From positions 32,001-96,000 of the forward strand of contig WJMJ01000131.1 of assembly GCA_014728035.1 (NCBI GenBank): 64,000 bases of DNA. Reading direction: 5' to 3'. This stretch comes from Promethearchaeota archaeon. Its GTDB lineage: Archaea; Asgardarchaeota; Thorarchaeia; Thorarchaeales; Thorarchaeaceae. Positions 19,969 to 30,130 of this stretch are shown here, one piece after another. The stretch's first letter is position 1; each line of letters opens with the position of its first letter. The notes below the pieces were generated by a model that saw only the letters and a program-made list of their open reading frames with translations, was not told where the DNA came from and did no database searches. The position numbers and the translations under genes were made by a program.

Positions 19969-21069
19969 TTGTATGCTCTGAAGCCCTATTTCAGATTCTG
20001 GTCAATACTGCTATTCTTGTCAATATTGCTTGCATCACTAACACCATTTATGATTCGATTTCCCCAGTACGATAGAGTTGAGTATACAGATATCAATGAA
20101 AACATATTCTTGAGCGCCACCAACTCCACATATAATATCGAATTGCCAGAGGAGGTATATCAAGTTGATATTAGACAACTGGTCACAAATGGTTCGAAGG
20201 TCGATATTACATCATTCAATTCAAGTACAACCTTTTTCAAAATGTTAAACATAACGGAAATAGACGACATTCCAATCAGTATAGAATCTCAGTTCGATAG
20301 GTGGAATCAGTGGGAAAGCTGGAACATTACAATTTCTCGAGTAGATTCAGATGTATCAGTATTCCTTGATATCAGAATAGGAAAACTGACCCAGATATTA
20401 GTTGATTACGCACCGCTGCAAAATTTTGGTGTTTTTGGAATCGTTTTTGCAGGCATTGGACTCTATTGGTTTGTATCCAGTGAGAGAGAATATAGGAAAA
20501 GACTTGGCAATGATGAGAGATTCGAGAATACAATTAGTCCAATGAAGATTGCGTCTCTAATCATCATAGCTGGATTGTTATTTGCACCATCGGCAATATC
20601 ATTATACCAAAGTCAAACAATGACCGAACTAAACGAGTCGGTTGAAAAGAAATCAGTAAATTTGTCACTGAATTCAACACATCCATCATTATCAGTGAAC
20701 CTTGGCGATATTTCAAATGAAGATGCAATTGAAGCACATGCAAAAATTACGATGTCCACAGGGCAAAATGCCTCGTTTATTGTTCAATTGGAAGATTATG
20801 AAAGTGTTGTAAGATATCAAATTCAGTACCAAGAATTAGTTTCTGAGCAGAGCTGGCATCTCCACATTGGAAATATTACTAGATTCTCATCAGTTACTGT
20901 AGAACGTCTTGATCAGGATGTAGATGTGTTGATTGAAGTAGCAATATATCTCACGGTTCGCACTACAAAGCAGAATCCTATGATTTTAGCAATTCTCGCA
21001 GTGTTTGGAAGTATTCCACTGGTATATGCAATGATGAATTCACACAGATTTGACAATGAAGTAACATAA
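19969..21069 (+). CDS. Hypothetical membrane protein with two extracytoplasmic beta-rich domains
   Basis: Alternating TM and N-x-S/T-rich domains; the internally repeated motifs ITISRVDSDVSV and VTVERLDQDVDV. Confidence 0.65.
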   Translation: MYALKPYFRFWSILLFLSILLASLTPFMIRFPQYDRVEYTDINENIFLSATNSTYNIELPEEVYQVDIRQLVTNGSKVDITSFNSSTTFFKMLNITEIDDIPISIESQFDRWNQWESWNITISRVDSDVSVFLDIRIGKLTQILVDYAPLQNFGVFGIVFAGIGLYWFVSSEREYRKRLGNDERFENTISPMKIASLIIIAGLLFAPSAISLYQSQTMTELNESVEKKSVNLSLNSTHPSLSVNLGDISNEDAIEAHAKITMSTGQNASFIVQLEDYESVVRYQIQYQELVSEQSWHLHIGNITRFSSVTVERLDQDVDVLIEVAIYLTVRTTKQNPMILAILAVFGSIPLVYAMMNSHRFDNEVT

Positions 21070-21169
21070 TTATTGTACAATCAATCATTCTACACGGTCA
21101 TGACACAACTGTTATATCCCGAGATAGAAACTTGTCCAAATTGTATCACTAGACTGGAGACTCAAGTCT

Positions 21170-24100
21170 ATGGGCAAATCCTCATCAAAAAAGGGTAAGT
21201 CAAAAACGAAACCCACAGATGTTCTTGTTATTGGATCAGGGATGGCAGGCATTAATGCCGCTCTTGATCTTGCTAATGGTGGCTATCAAGTACACCTAAT
21301 TGAAAAAACCGTGAACATAGGCGGGAACTATGTTGCAATATACAAGATATTTCCCATGCTAGAATGTTCTGCGTGTGTTATGACACCACTCACCTCGTTT
21401 GTGGGTAAGCATCCTAATATCAAAATTCATGCGCTCACACAGGTGGAGAAGGTCAAAGGAAGAGCAGGTAACTTCACAGTTACCCTTCGCAAAGAAGCAC
21501 GGTATGTTGACGAAGAAAAATGTACAGGGTGTGGACTCTGTATCAGTGCATGTCCAGTAGAGGTTCCCAATGAATATGATAGGGGATTATCCTTGCGAAA
21601 AGCAGCATACATGAATTTCCCTCAACAAATACCACTAATCTCATGTATTGACAGAGAAGCATGTATTGGATGCGGCACTTGTGCTGCGGTCTGTCCACAG
21701 GATTGCATTAATTACGAAGATGAGGACAAAATATACGATTTAGATGTGGGAGGGATAATTGTTGCAACAGGATTTGATGAATACCAGCCAGTAGATTATG
21801 GTGAATATGGGTACGGAATCTATCCCAATGTTGTGACAAGCCTGGAATACGATAGACAGACACACCCCACAGGGCCAACTGATGCTCATATGGTACGCCC
21901 TTCAGACGGAAAAGAACCTGAAAGAATACTTTTCGTTAACTGTGTTGGGAGTAGAGATGTTAGAGAGCATATTCAAGGATATAGTCAACATTGTAACAAA
22001 GTATGCTGTTCTTTTGGTCTCAAATTGGCTCAAGTTACAAGAATGCATTATCCAGAAGACCATTGTGAAATTATTTACACCTATATGGATTTGAGAACCG
22101 CAGGAAAAGCTCTTGAAGAATTCCTTTGGGATTCACAACACAATCAAGGAATCGATTTCATTCGTGGTAGAGTATCAGAAATACAAGAGAATCCAGATAC
22201 ACATGACCTGTACGTGAAAATGGAGAATACAGATACAGGAGAGATTATTGAGCTCGAGGACATATCAATGGTTGTGCTTAATGCAAGTTTCAGACCCCAT
22301 CCGGAAATGGAAGAACTTGCAAAAACATTGAATATTGAACTGACCGAAGAAGGTTGGGTTAAAGAAGCACATCCAAATACAGGTACACTGGATACAACAC
22401 GACCAGGAGTCTTTGTGGCAGGTTGTGCACACGGACCTCGTGATGGGACTGATACCGTCAACGAAGGAAAAGGTGCAGCTCTAGCTGTTCATTCACTAAT
22501 GCCACTGCCTCCGAAACGGGAAGTTGAGGAAATACCACCTGCTGAAATAACTGACGAACCACGCGTTGGTGTATTCATCTGTCATTGTGGAGGGATCATT
22601 GGAAATGTCATTGACTCACCAGGACTTGCAGAATGGGCAAAAGACATTCCTAATGTAGCATATTCAACAGATTATATTTTCATGTGTAGTGATCCTGGAC
22701 AACAGCTCGTAACTGATGCAATCAGAGAACACAAACTCAATCGAGTTGTTGTTGGATCATGTTCACCGTTACAACACGAGGCAACTTTCAGAAGTGCATT
22801 AGTAAGAGCTGGTCTCTCACCATATTATCTAGTAGGGCCAGTTGGACTTCGTGAACACTTAGCACTGGTAAATGCAAATGCACCCCCAGAAGAAAGACAA
22901 GAGAAAGCTCAAGACCTAATCCGAAGTGCTGTGGCAAAAGCGGTAAACAATGAAGATATCCCTCTCAAACAGGTTGAAGTCGAACGAACTTCAATGGTTA
23001 TTGGTGGGGGTGTTGCAGGAATGACTGCAGCACTCGACATTGCAAAGAAAGGCTTTGATGTTATTTTGGTAGAGAAAACAGACAAGCTAGGTGGAAGGCT
23101 TAACGACTTGTACAGATTATTTCCAAAAATGGAATCTGCTGAAGAGATCATTACGGACCTTATCTCACGAGTTGAAAAGGAAAAACGTATCAAAGTTCTT
23201 CTAAGCAGCAAAGTAACCAATCGAGATGGAGCATATGGAAACTATCAGATAACCATTAGAAATCACGAAACGGAAGAAGAAACTATCTATAACATCGGTT
23301 CAATTGCGATCACAATTGGTTCAGATACATATGACCCAGAAGTTGGTGAATATGGTTGGGGAGAAGTTCCTGGTGTCATATCAAGTTTAGACTTGGAACG
23401 AAAGCTAAGAAATGGAGATATCAAACAAGCACCAAAAAATCCAATCTTTATCCATTGTGTGGGTTCAAGACAGACTCCAGGTGAAGGCAACAAATACTGC
23501 TCAAGAGTCTGTTGTTCAGCTGTTATCACTATGCAATACGAATTGAATGAGATGTTTCCAGACATCAAAATATTTTCTGCATACAAGGAACACATTCGAC
23601 CAGTTGCATCAGGAATGGAAGAAATGTGGCGGGAGAATCGCCAAAATGGTGTTACCTACCTTAGATGGATTCGTGAGCGTCCAATCACTGTAGAAGAAAA
23701 TCCTGATGGAGATGGGGCTATTGTAACAGTCTATGATACTCTATCTCAACAAGAATTCAAGATTGAATCGGATATGGTCGTCTTGGCACTCGGATTGGAG
23801 GCACCAAAGGATGTGGGAGAACTAACCAAAGCACTAGGTATTACTGTAGGACAAGATGGTTTCCTACGAGAGATGCACATGAAATTCAGACCAGTAGAAA
23901 CCACTGTACCAGGTGTATTTACAGGCACCACCTATGCTAAAAATGTGGCTGATTCGGTGGCACAAGGAAGAGGAGCAGCAAGTGAGGCAACGATACCTCT
24001 AAACCTGGGAACTGTTGAAATCGAATTACTGGTTGCTGATGTTGACCAAGACCTTTGTGTTGGATGTGATCTTTGTCATTATTCAGAGATTTGTCCATAC

Positions 24101-24274
24101 GATGCTGTTTCAATGATTGAGACATCTCCTGGCGTGAAAAAGAGTGTAACTGATGAGTTGCGTTGTGAGGGATGCGGTGCATGTGCGGCAATATGTCCAA
24201 CAGGTGCCCGGGATCTACGTTGGTGGAGAGAGAAAAGTTTCCTTAACCAAGTAGAAGAGATGCTAAGAGAGTGA
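21170..24274 (+). CDS. hdrA: Heterodisulfide reductase subunit A-like flavoprotein (tandem/duplicated type)
   Basis: Two FAD-binding GxGxxG motifs (IGSGMAG, IGGGVAG), ferredoxin CxxCxxC motifs, CVGSR twice and RVGVFICHCG. Confidence 0.92.
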   Translation: MGKSSSKKGKSKTKPTDVLVIGSGMAGINAALDLANGGYQVHLIEKTVNIGGNYVAIYKIFPMLECSACVMTPLTSFVGKHPNIKIHALTQVEKVKGRAGNFTVTLRKEARYVDEEKCTGCGLCISACPVEVPNEYDRGLSLRKAAYMNFPQQIPLISCIDREACIGCGTCAAVCPQDCINYEDEDKIYDLDVGGIIVATGFDEYQPVDYGEYGYGIYPNVVTSLEYDRQTHPTGPTDAHMVRPSDGKEPERILFVNCVGSRDVREHIQGYSQHCNKVCCSFGLKLAQVTRMHYPEDHCEIIYTYMDLRTAGKALEEFLWDSQHNQGIDFIRGRVSEIQENPDTHDLYVKMENTDTGEIIELEDISMVVLNASFRPHPEMEELAKTLNIELTEEGWVKEAHPNTGTLDTTRPGVFVAGCAHGPRDGTDTVNEGKGAALAVHSLMPLPPKREVEEIPPAEITDEPRVGVFICHCGGIIGNVIDSPGLAEWAKDIPNVAYSTDYIFMCSDPGQQLVTDAIREHKLNRVVVGSCSPLQHEATFRSALVRAGLSPYYLVGPVGLREHLALVNANAPPEERQEKAQDLIRSAVAKAVNNEDIPLKQVEVERTSMVIGGGVAGMTAALDIAKKGFDVILVEKTDKLGGRLNDLYRLFPKMESAEEIITDLISRVEKEKRIKVLLSSKVTNRDGAYGNYQITIRNHETEEETIYNIGSIAITIGSDTYDPEVGEYGWGEVPGVISSLDLERKLRNGDIKQAPKNPIFIHCVGSRQTPGEGNKYCSRVCCSAVITMQYELNEMFPDIKIFSAYKEHIRPVASGMEEMWRENRQNGVTYLRWIRERPITVEENPDGDGAIVTVYDTLSQQEFKIESDMVVLALGLEAPKDVGELTKALGITVGQDGFLREMHMKFRPVETTVPGVFTGTTYAKNVADSVAQGRGAASEATIPLNLGTVEIELLVADVDQDLCVGCDLCHYSEICPYDAVSMIETSPGVKKSVTDELRCEGCGACAAICPTGARDLRWWREKSFLNQVEEMLRE

Positions 24275-24278
24275 TAGA

Positions 24279-24848
24279 ATGATCTCTATTAACGGATTAC
24301 GAGCAGGCTGGATGATTCTCAACGAGTTATTGGGAGAACTCAGCAAAATGGATGTATTCATCCCGGATTTGACCTATGCAGACCTTCGAAATTCAAAAAT
24401 GGTTATAGAATATCTGAGTTCCTATGAAGAAGAGATTAGAGAAGCAGACCCCCAAGATGATCAGTTACGTGAAGAAACGGAAATCAAGATTCAGGATCTC
24501 AGAGATGTCCTTATGACATGGATTGAAAAGGAAAAAGGCGTTGATGTCCGAAAAACTTGGGATGAACGGTTTATGCGTGCTATAAATGAGGATGGCGAAG
24601 TAGAATTACCTGAACAGCCAACACCCATTTCGGATATTCCTAGAGAGAAAGATGTTGGATTCTTCAGAATACGATTGCCTGAAGATATACCAGTAGAGAT
24701 TGTTTCTGAAATTGCTGAAGATTGCGAGGTCTTAGTTTCTCTTGATGGTGATAGACATCTCCAAGTAAGTGGGAAAAAAGATTGCGTGAGAGCTGCAATG
24801 AAAAGACTCGGTAAAGTGTTCTATGGCGAAAGTAAAATGGAGAAGTAA
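24279..24848 (+). CDS. DUF2096-like archaeal protein
   Basis: W.ILNELL.EL...IP...DLR and RIRLPE.I..EIAE patterns; directly follows hdrA. Confidence 0.6.
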   Translation: MISINGLRAGWMILNELLGELSKMDVFIPDLTYADLRNSKMVIEYLSSYEEEIREADPQDDQLREETEIKIQDLRDVLMTWIEKEKGVDVRKTWDERFMRAINEDGEVELPEQPTPISDIPREKDVGFFRIRLPEDIPVEIVSEIAEDCEVLVSLDGDRHLQVSGKKDCVRAAMKRLGKVFYGESKMEK

Positions 24849-27800
24849 TTATTTCGCAATTTTTAGAGTAATCTTGAATGATGCCCCACTTTCGGATCGG
24901 ATGTATTCGATTGTTCCATCATAGACCGCAAGTATCTGTTTTGCAAGATAAAGACCAAATCCGCCATCTTTAGTTGAAACTCCTTTCTCAAAAAGGCGAG
25001 GAATGATATCTGAAGACACTCCAGGACCATCATCTGACAGGAGTACTTCTATCCAATCATCAGTTTTTGTGATATTAATCTCAACAGTGGCATTTTCACC
25101 TGCATGTTGAGCTGAATTCCTTAGAAGATTTTCAAAGACCATTGGAAGAAGACGGCTTCCAAACACACGTATCTTTTTAGTACCGCGTTTTGGTTTGACT
25201 AGGACAGTCATACCAGAATGCACTTCCTCCGCATTTTTGGCAACGGATTCAATTAAAGGAATGATCCGATTCTCTGCTTCAACAGGTCTTCCAAGAACCT
25301 GCAAAAGATGACCCATTCGCTCAGCGGATGCCTTTGCGGAATCTACCATGCATAGATAAGATGTAGATTCAGGAGTTTCTAATAATTCCAATGCTTGGAT
25401 AGATGTCATTAGAACCTGCAAATCATTACTTAGGTCATGATGTAGAAGGCTTGCATATAGTTCGAGTTCTCTGTTTTGGAGAGTTCTCTCCTCAGCAATT
25501 TTCTTTTCTTCTGTGATATCTCTTACAATCGCCAGCATTCTTATCGGTTCATCATTTTCATCTAACACAAGCCAAACACGTAGACGAATAGGAATGGTTG
25601 ACCCATCCTTGCGAATGTATTCCTTTTCATATGGGTCAGAATAACCTCTACCCAGGACTTGATTCTGAACAATTTCATCCTCAAATTCTTTCCAGCGGGA
25701 CGGTGTAAATTGTTCGTAAGGAATTTCACCGAGTTCCTCTAAGGTGTATCCAACCATCTCTAAAAACGAAGAGTTAGCATCTACTACGTATCCATCTAAA
25801 TCAGTAATAGCAATTCCATCACGACTAGATTCGAATAAGCTTCTATATCGTTCCTCAGACTCCCGTAGAGCCACTTCTGCCTGAGCTCGAGCAATAAACC
25901 CACTAACCAAAGTAGAGAGCGATTCAAGTGCATTCTTAACAGCGTCTGGAAATCGCTTCAATTTGAGCGATGAAACTGTAAGAGCAGCAATCACTTCATC
26001 CTCATGCAAAAGGGGGATTATACATGAAGCATGCATTCCTCGTTCGAAGTGTGCTTCAAAAATATCATCAAATTCTTCGATATAACTTGGTTCTTTATCA
26101 GAGATGTATTGTACCATCTTAGGATGCAGTTTCTGAAGATGTGAAAGAAGTTCTTCTGGAACGCTGTGTTGTGCACGGAGTTCGTATATATTATCAGATG
26201 TTGGAAAATGAAGCAGAGCATAATCAATTCCAGGAATTCTAATTACAGCCTTCAAAATTTCATTAAATCCTCTATCAAGTCCAATTCCTGAACTAAGAAT
26301 GAAACCTAAATCTTTCTGAATTCGAAATAATGCTTCGCGCTGATGGCGTTCTGTTACATCAACAACGTACTCTATCAGACGTTTGACATCACCATTTTCA
26401 GAGAAAATCGGATGACCATGAATCTCATATACTTGTAGAAGTCCATCATCGCCAACACGTTCATGAACCACAGTGACCGGAGATTTTGTCTGCTTTATTT
26501 GTTTTATTGGACAATCCAGGCCGATTTCGAAACAAGGTTTTGATTCACCTAGAAGTTGATAGCAACAAGGTTCTTCAAATCTATCAGAATTAGTTAGCTT
26601 GTTTGCAATACTTAAGCTCAGATCTTCTGTATTCACAACGTAGAATGGAAGAGCTAAAGAGTCAATCACAGCTTTGAAGAAGTCTCGTTGATAGGCAATA
26701 AGGTCTTTCGTTTCTTTCTCTGCGGTTATGTCAATAATCACAGTTTCAATAATATCGGTATTAGGGACGATGTGAGCATTCATGAGAGCCCAGAATGTTG
26801 AACCATCCTTTCGTTTCAGAAGAACCTCATAATCAGTAGCTTTTCCAGCAAACTGGATAATTTCTGCAAATCGAAGGCGGTCTTCGGGATTAACATAAGC
26901 GTCGTAAGCAGTACTCTCTGAAAGATATGCTTCACGACTCTCATAACCAAGCATGAGGGCTAATTTTTCATTGCATTCAACAATACTTCCGTCAGCTACT
27001 CTGCTACGTACAAGACCTGCAGGAGCTTTACTGTAAAGCTCTCTATATCGCTTTTCACTTGCTCTAAGTTCCTTCTCAACCTCAGCTCTGGCAACACTCT
27101 GTCTATCTCGCTCCAACCGAGTATGAAGAATTGGAGAGATTATCTCAGCTAAAGATTCCATGAGAGCAAGATCGCTTTTTTGATAAGGTGTATTCTTATT
27201 CGCAACCGTGATGACTCCAATTAGGGACTCGCCATAAACTAGTGGTACCACAAGAGACCTTACAATAGGCACGTGGCCATCTGGGACAACATTAGGCTCA
27301 TTCTTGATGTGTGACTTCTTTGTTAGCATTGCTTCTCCCCAGATGCCTTTCCAGCTTTCTTTTGGAAAAACAAGATCTTTCTCTGGAATTTCGCATTCTT
27401 CCCAAATCTCTGAAGTCATCGAAGCAGAAACCATTGCCCCGTCTTCTCGAATATATCCAAATATTCCATATTTGCTATCAGTTGCCTCCAGTAATATATT
27501 CAGTACTGCTGCGTAGATTTTCTTGTCTGTAATTTTAAGAAAAGTTTCGGAAATTCGATTTTTCAATGATAATTCAAGTTCAGTAGCTCTCAATGTGGTT
27601 TCGATCTGCTGAATATCGGTAATATCATACCCGTAGGATATTGATCCTTTAACAGATCCATCTTCATCAAACAAAATCTTTGTTCGCCAAGTAATTAGAC
27701 GAGTTTGACCATTCTTTGTTAGGACAGGATTGTATTGTCGTGGGTTGAATTCCTTTCTAATGGAACTATCCCTTTTTTGAATCATTTTTTTGTATGAATC

Positions 27801-28034
27801 AGTGAGTTTTTCCGCTACGTCAGCAGGAAGTATTGATTCAAACCAATTCTTCCCGACCAATTCCTCCTTTGAATACCCCAACAAGTCACAGCCGGAATGG
27901 CTTATATCGAGAATTTCACCTGTTCGAGAGAGGTATACCATTATTGTGCCTTTTGAACCAATTAAATCTTCAATATCATCTGGCATAAGATGGCCTAATA
28001 TTGAGTGAGGTTCGTCCGTCCTCTTCCTAGGCAT
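24849..28034 (-). CDS. Multi-PAS/GAF sensor histidine kinase
   Basis: Several PAS/PAC domains (RKDGS, DITE), GAF domains, H-box LLHHDLSNDL, NLLRNS, DDGPG and GFGLYL. Confidence 0.93.
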   Translation of the reverse strand: MPRKRTDEPHSILGHLMPDDIEDLIGSKGTIMVYLSRTGEILDISHSGCDLLGYSKEELVGKNWFESILPADVAEKLTDSYKKMIQKRDSSIRKEFNPRQYNPVLTKNGQTRLITWRTKILFDEDGSVKGSISYGYDITDIQQIETTLRATELELSLKNRISETFLKITDKKIYAAVLNILLEATDSKYGIFGYIREDGAMVSASMTSEIWEECEIPEKDLVFPKESWKGIWGEAMLTKKSHIKNEPNVVPDGHVPIVRSLVVPLVYGESLIGVITVANKNTPYQKSDLALMESLAEIISPILHTRLERDRQSVARAEVEKELRASEKRYRELYSKAPAGLVRSRVADGSIVECNEKLALMLGYESREAYLSESTAYDAYVNPEDRLRFAEIIQFAGKATDYEVLLKRKDGSTFWALMNAHIVPNTDIIETVIIDITAEKETKDLIAYQRDFFKAVIDSLALPFYVVNTEDLSLSIANKLTNSDRFEEPCCYQLLGESKPCFEIGLDCPIKQIKQTKSPVTVVHERVGDDGLLQVYEIHGHPIFSENGDVKRLIEYVVDVTERHQREALFRIQKDLGFILSSGIGLDRGFNEILKAVIRIPGIDYALLHFPTSDNIYELRAQHSVPEELLSHLQKLHPKMVQYISDKEPSYIEEFDDIFEAHFERGMHASCIIPLLHEDEVIAALTVSSLKLKRFPDAVKNALESLSTLVSGFIARAQAEVALRESEERYRSLFESSRDGIAITDLDGYVVDANSSFLEMVGYTLEELGEIPYEQFTPSRWKEFEDEIVQNQVLGRGYSDPYEKEYIRKDGSTIPIRLRVWLVLDENDEPIRMLAIVRDITEEKKIAEERTLQNRELELYASLLHHDLSNDLQVLMTSIQALELLETPESTSYLCMVDSAKASAERMGHLLQVLGRPVEAENRIIPLIESVAKNAEEVHSGMTVLVKPKRGTKKIRVFGSRLLPMVFENLLRNSAQHAGENATVEINITKTDDWIEVLLSDDGPGVSSDIIPRLFEKGVSTKDGGFGLYLAKQILAVYDGTIEYIRSESGASFKITLKIAK

Positions 28035-28210
28035 CGTAATCCACCAGAGTTAGCTGATATAATTTTCTTAACATAAAATGATTTCTAGAGTTCAACACCA
28101 GTATTATCCTTTAAGTCAGACTTCGCAATATTCAAGATATAATATAGCTGAAACTATTAAAAGATATTCGACATGTGCATTTTGTGTGCACATGCAGAGA
28201 AGAATACAGA

Positions 28211-29089
28211 CTATTGGATACCTAAAATGTCTGAAAGTGATTCTAATGATACTCGATTCAGTTCGAATCCAAGAGCTTCTTCATCTAACCCCATTGCAGC
28301 ACCTAGAATTTGTGTGATGAATAGAGCTGGCAGTTCTAATGATTCACCTTCATCGTTTTTCAACCCATATGCTTGTACATCAAACTGAGTATGGCATGCA
28401 GGACAATTAGTGACGATACAATTTGCTTGTGCTTCCTTTGCAGATTCCATTTTTTCGGTTAGAATCTCTGTTGCAACATCTTCACTTGCAATTAAAAGAG
28501 GGGATCCACAACATCGTAATTTCAAATTCCAAGCTACACTTTTTGCACCAGTCAGTTCTATTAGTTCATCAACTTTCCTTGGTAATTCTGGATCATCAAA
28601 TCCAGCAACATTGGAAGGTCTGAGAAGATGGCATCCAGGATGAAAAGCAACTCTAAGTCCATCAAGAGGATGTACTATATGTTTCTCTATCTCTTCACGA
28701 AGGTCATATAATACTTCGACAAAATGTCTTACCTTCGCCGTTCCCGTATATTCGAGGCCAATTTCTTTCAGAATATTGTTGACTTTTTCTCGTTCTTCCT
28801 CCATATCATGAAGAACATGAGCAGTATCTTTCAAAGAACCAAAGCATCCATTACAGGGAGTTACTACATCATGCCCCCGTTTTTCAGCGAGAGCAATATT
28901 TCTACCAGACATGGAAAGCCAACTAGTTTCATCAATAGATTTGAGAACAACCGTGCCACAACATGAGGCTCCTTCAAAATCAAGCAATTCGATTCCTAGT
29001 TTATCAGCAACAGCGCGCATTGAGGATTCATAATTATTGAAGCGATTGGGAATAGCACATCCAAGGAACACCTCGTAAGTATGAGTCAT
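28211..29089 (-). CDS. hdrB: Heterodisulfide reductase subunit B-like (CCG domains)
   Basis: FLGC, SCCG, PCNGC, HPGCH, RCCG and CPACH motifs. Confidence 0.92.
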   Translation of the reverse strand: MTHTYEVFLGCAIPNRFNNYESSMRAVADKLGIELLDFEGASCCGTVVLKSIDETSWLSMSGRNIALAEKRGHDVVTPCNGCFGSLKDTAHVLHDMEEEREKVNNILKEIGLEYTGTAKVRHFVEVLYDLREEIEKHIVHPLDGLRVAFHPGCHLLRPSNVAGFDDPELPRKVDELIELTGAKSVAWNLKLRCCGSPLLIASEDVATEILTEKMESAKEAQANCIVTNCPACHTQFDVQAYGLKNDEGESLELPALFITQILGAAMGLDEEALGFELNRVSLESLSDILGIQ

Positions 29090-29617
29090 CTATTCACCCT
29101 CCTTAAGCTTCATCAAATTAGTAGTGTCTAGCATCTTTTGGGTCTCACTCAGATCCAATTCGGGTACATCATCAAGTTCAAGGTCTTCTCGTTCCCAGTC
29201 TGTTGGCTCATACAGACGACCTTTGTCATAAAGTGACTGCCTGGCACTAGTATACCCAGAGGGAGTGATATTTTTTTGAAAAGCCATATTTTTTAGACCG
29301 AAAATGATATCGGTAATATCAATACCTTGTGGACAACGTTCTTGGCAAGTATAGCAAGTGGTACATAACCAAACCATATCGGTCTGCAGCACATCTTCAA
29401 GACCAAAGAGAAGCATTCTCATAAGCTCATGCACTTGGATATTCACTTTGTCACTCACTGGACAACCAGCACTGCACTTTGCACACTGGAAACAAGCAGT
29501 AAGGTCTTGACCACCCAGAAGCTTTGCAACTTTCTGTGTGAACTCTGCATCAAAGGTGTTGAACACCTTTCCTTCGAACGATTTTAATTGACCCCAGGTC
29601 TCGGTCATGATATTCAC
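29090..29617 (-). CDS. hdrC: Heterodisulfide reductase subunit C-like
   Basis: CFQCAKCSAGCP and WLCTTCYTCQERCP motifs. Confidence 0.92.
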   Translation of the reverse strand: MNIMTETWGQLKSFEGKVFNTFDAEFTQKVAKLLGGQDLTACFQCAKCSAGCPVSDKVNIQVHELMRMLLFGLEDVLQTDMVWLCTTCYTCQERCPQGIDITDIIFGLKNMAFQKNITPSGYTSARQSLYDKGRLYEPTDWEREDLELDDVPELDLSETQKMLDTTNLMKLKEGE

Positions 29618-30004
29618 CAGTAACCTTCGAAGCTCCTATCATGAATGAACCACTTATATCAATAGCGTCACGGCACTAAAACGGAAACAGCAAAAACAGT
29701 CACTTGAATAGGTGACTCTTCATTAGTGTCAGCATTATTCTTTACGAAGCGTTTGAAGTAATCATATATCCGTAATTCAGATAGCGGGATTAGAAATAGT
29801 ACCATAAATGAATAATAGAAAAATGAGCCACTAAATCAAATATTTAGTATATTATAGCTTCGTTATTTTAGATAGGAAATCGTATAGGATTCGAATTTCA
29901 AATGATATGGCGAGGCGTGTGTACAGTCAGCCATCTAGTACCTTGATTGTAAGCAGATCTCACTCAGGATAAATACCTCATAACTTTCTAGAGAGGTGAA
30001 ATAC

Positions 30005-30058
30005 ATGGCTAAGGACAAGAAGGGAAAAAAGGACAAGAAACCAAAACCAAAAAAATAA
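30005..30058 (+). CDS. Candidate 17-aa lysine-rich micro-protein MAKDKKGKKDKKPKPKK
   Basis: GAGGTGA Shine-Dalgarno (29993-29999) 5 nt before the ATG; TAA at 30056-30058; downstream hairpin; lies in a long intergenic gap. Confidence 0.55.
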   Translation: MAKDKKGKKDKKPKPKK

Positions 30059-30084
30059 CCTGTGAATGGTAATGGAATATAAAA

Positions 30085-30109
30085 TGGGAAGGTACAGCTT
30101 TCCTTCCCA
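30085..30109. terminator. Hairpin between the micro-ORF and the convergent hdrA-mvhD gene
   Basis: TGGGAAGG-N9-CCTTCCCA perfect 8-bp inverted repeat. Confidence 0.65.
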
Positions 30110-30130
30110 ACAGATTCAATTGGTTAATAT

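Noticed and set aside
29698-29850. Short palindromes (AGTCAC-N8-GTGACT; ACTAAAT-N5-ATTTAGT) upstream of hdrC
   Set aside because: They are short, lie in AT-rich DNA, and were not seen repeated at other hdr promoters, so they cannot be told from chance.
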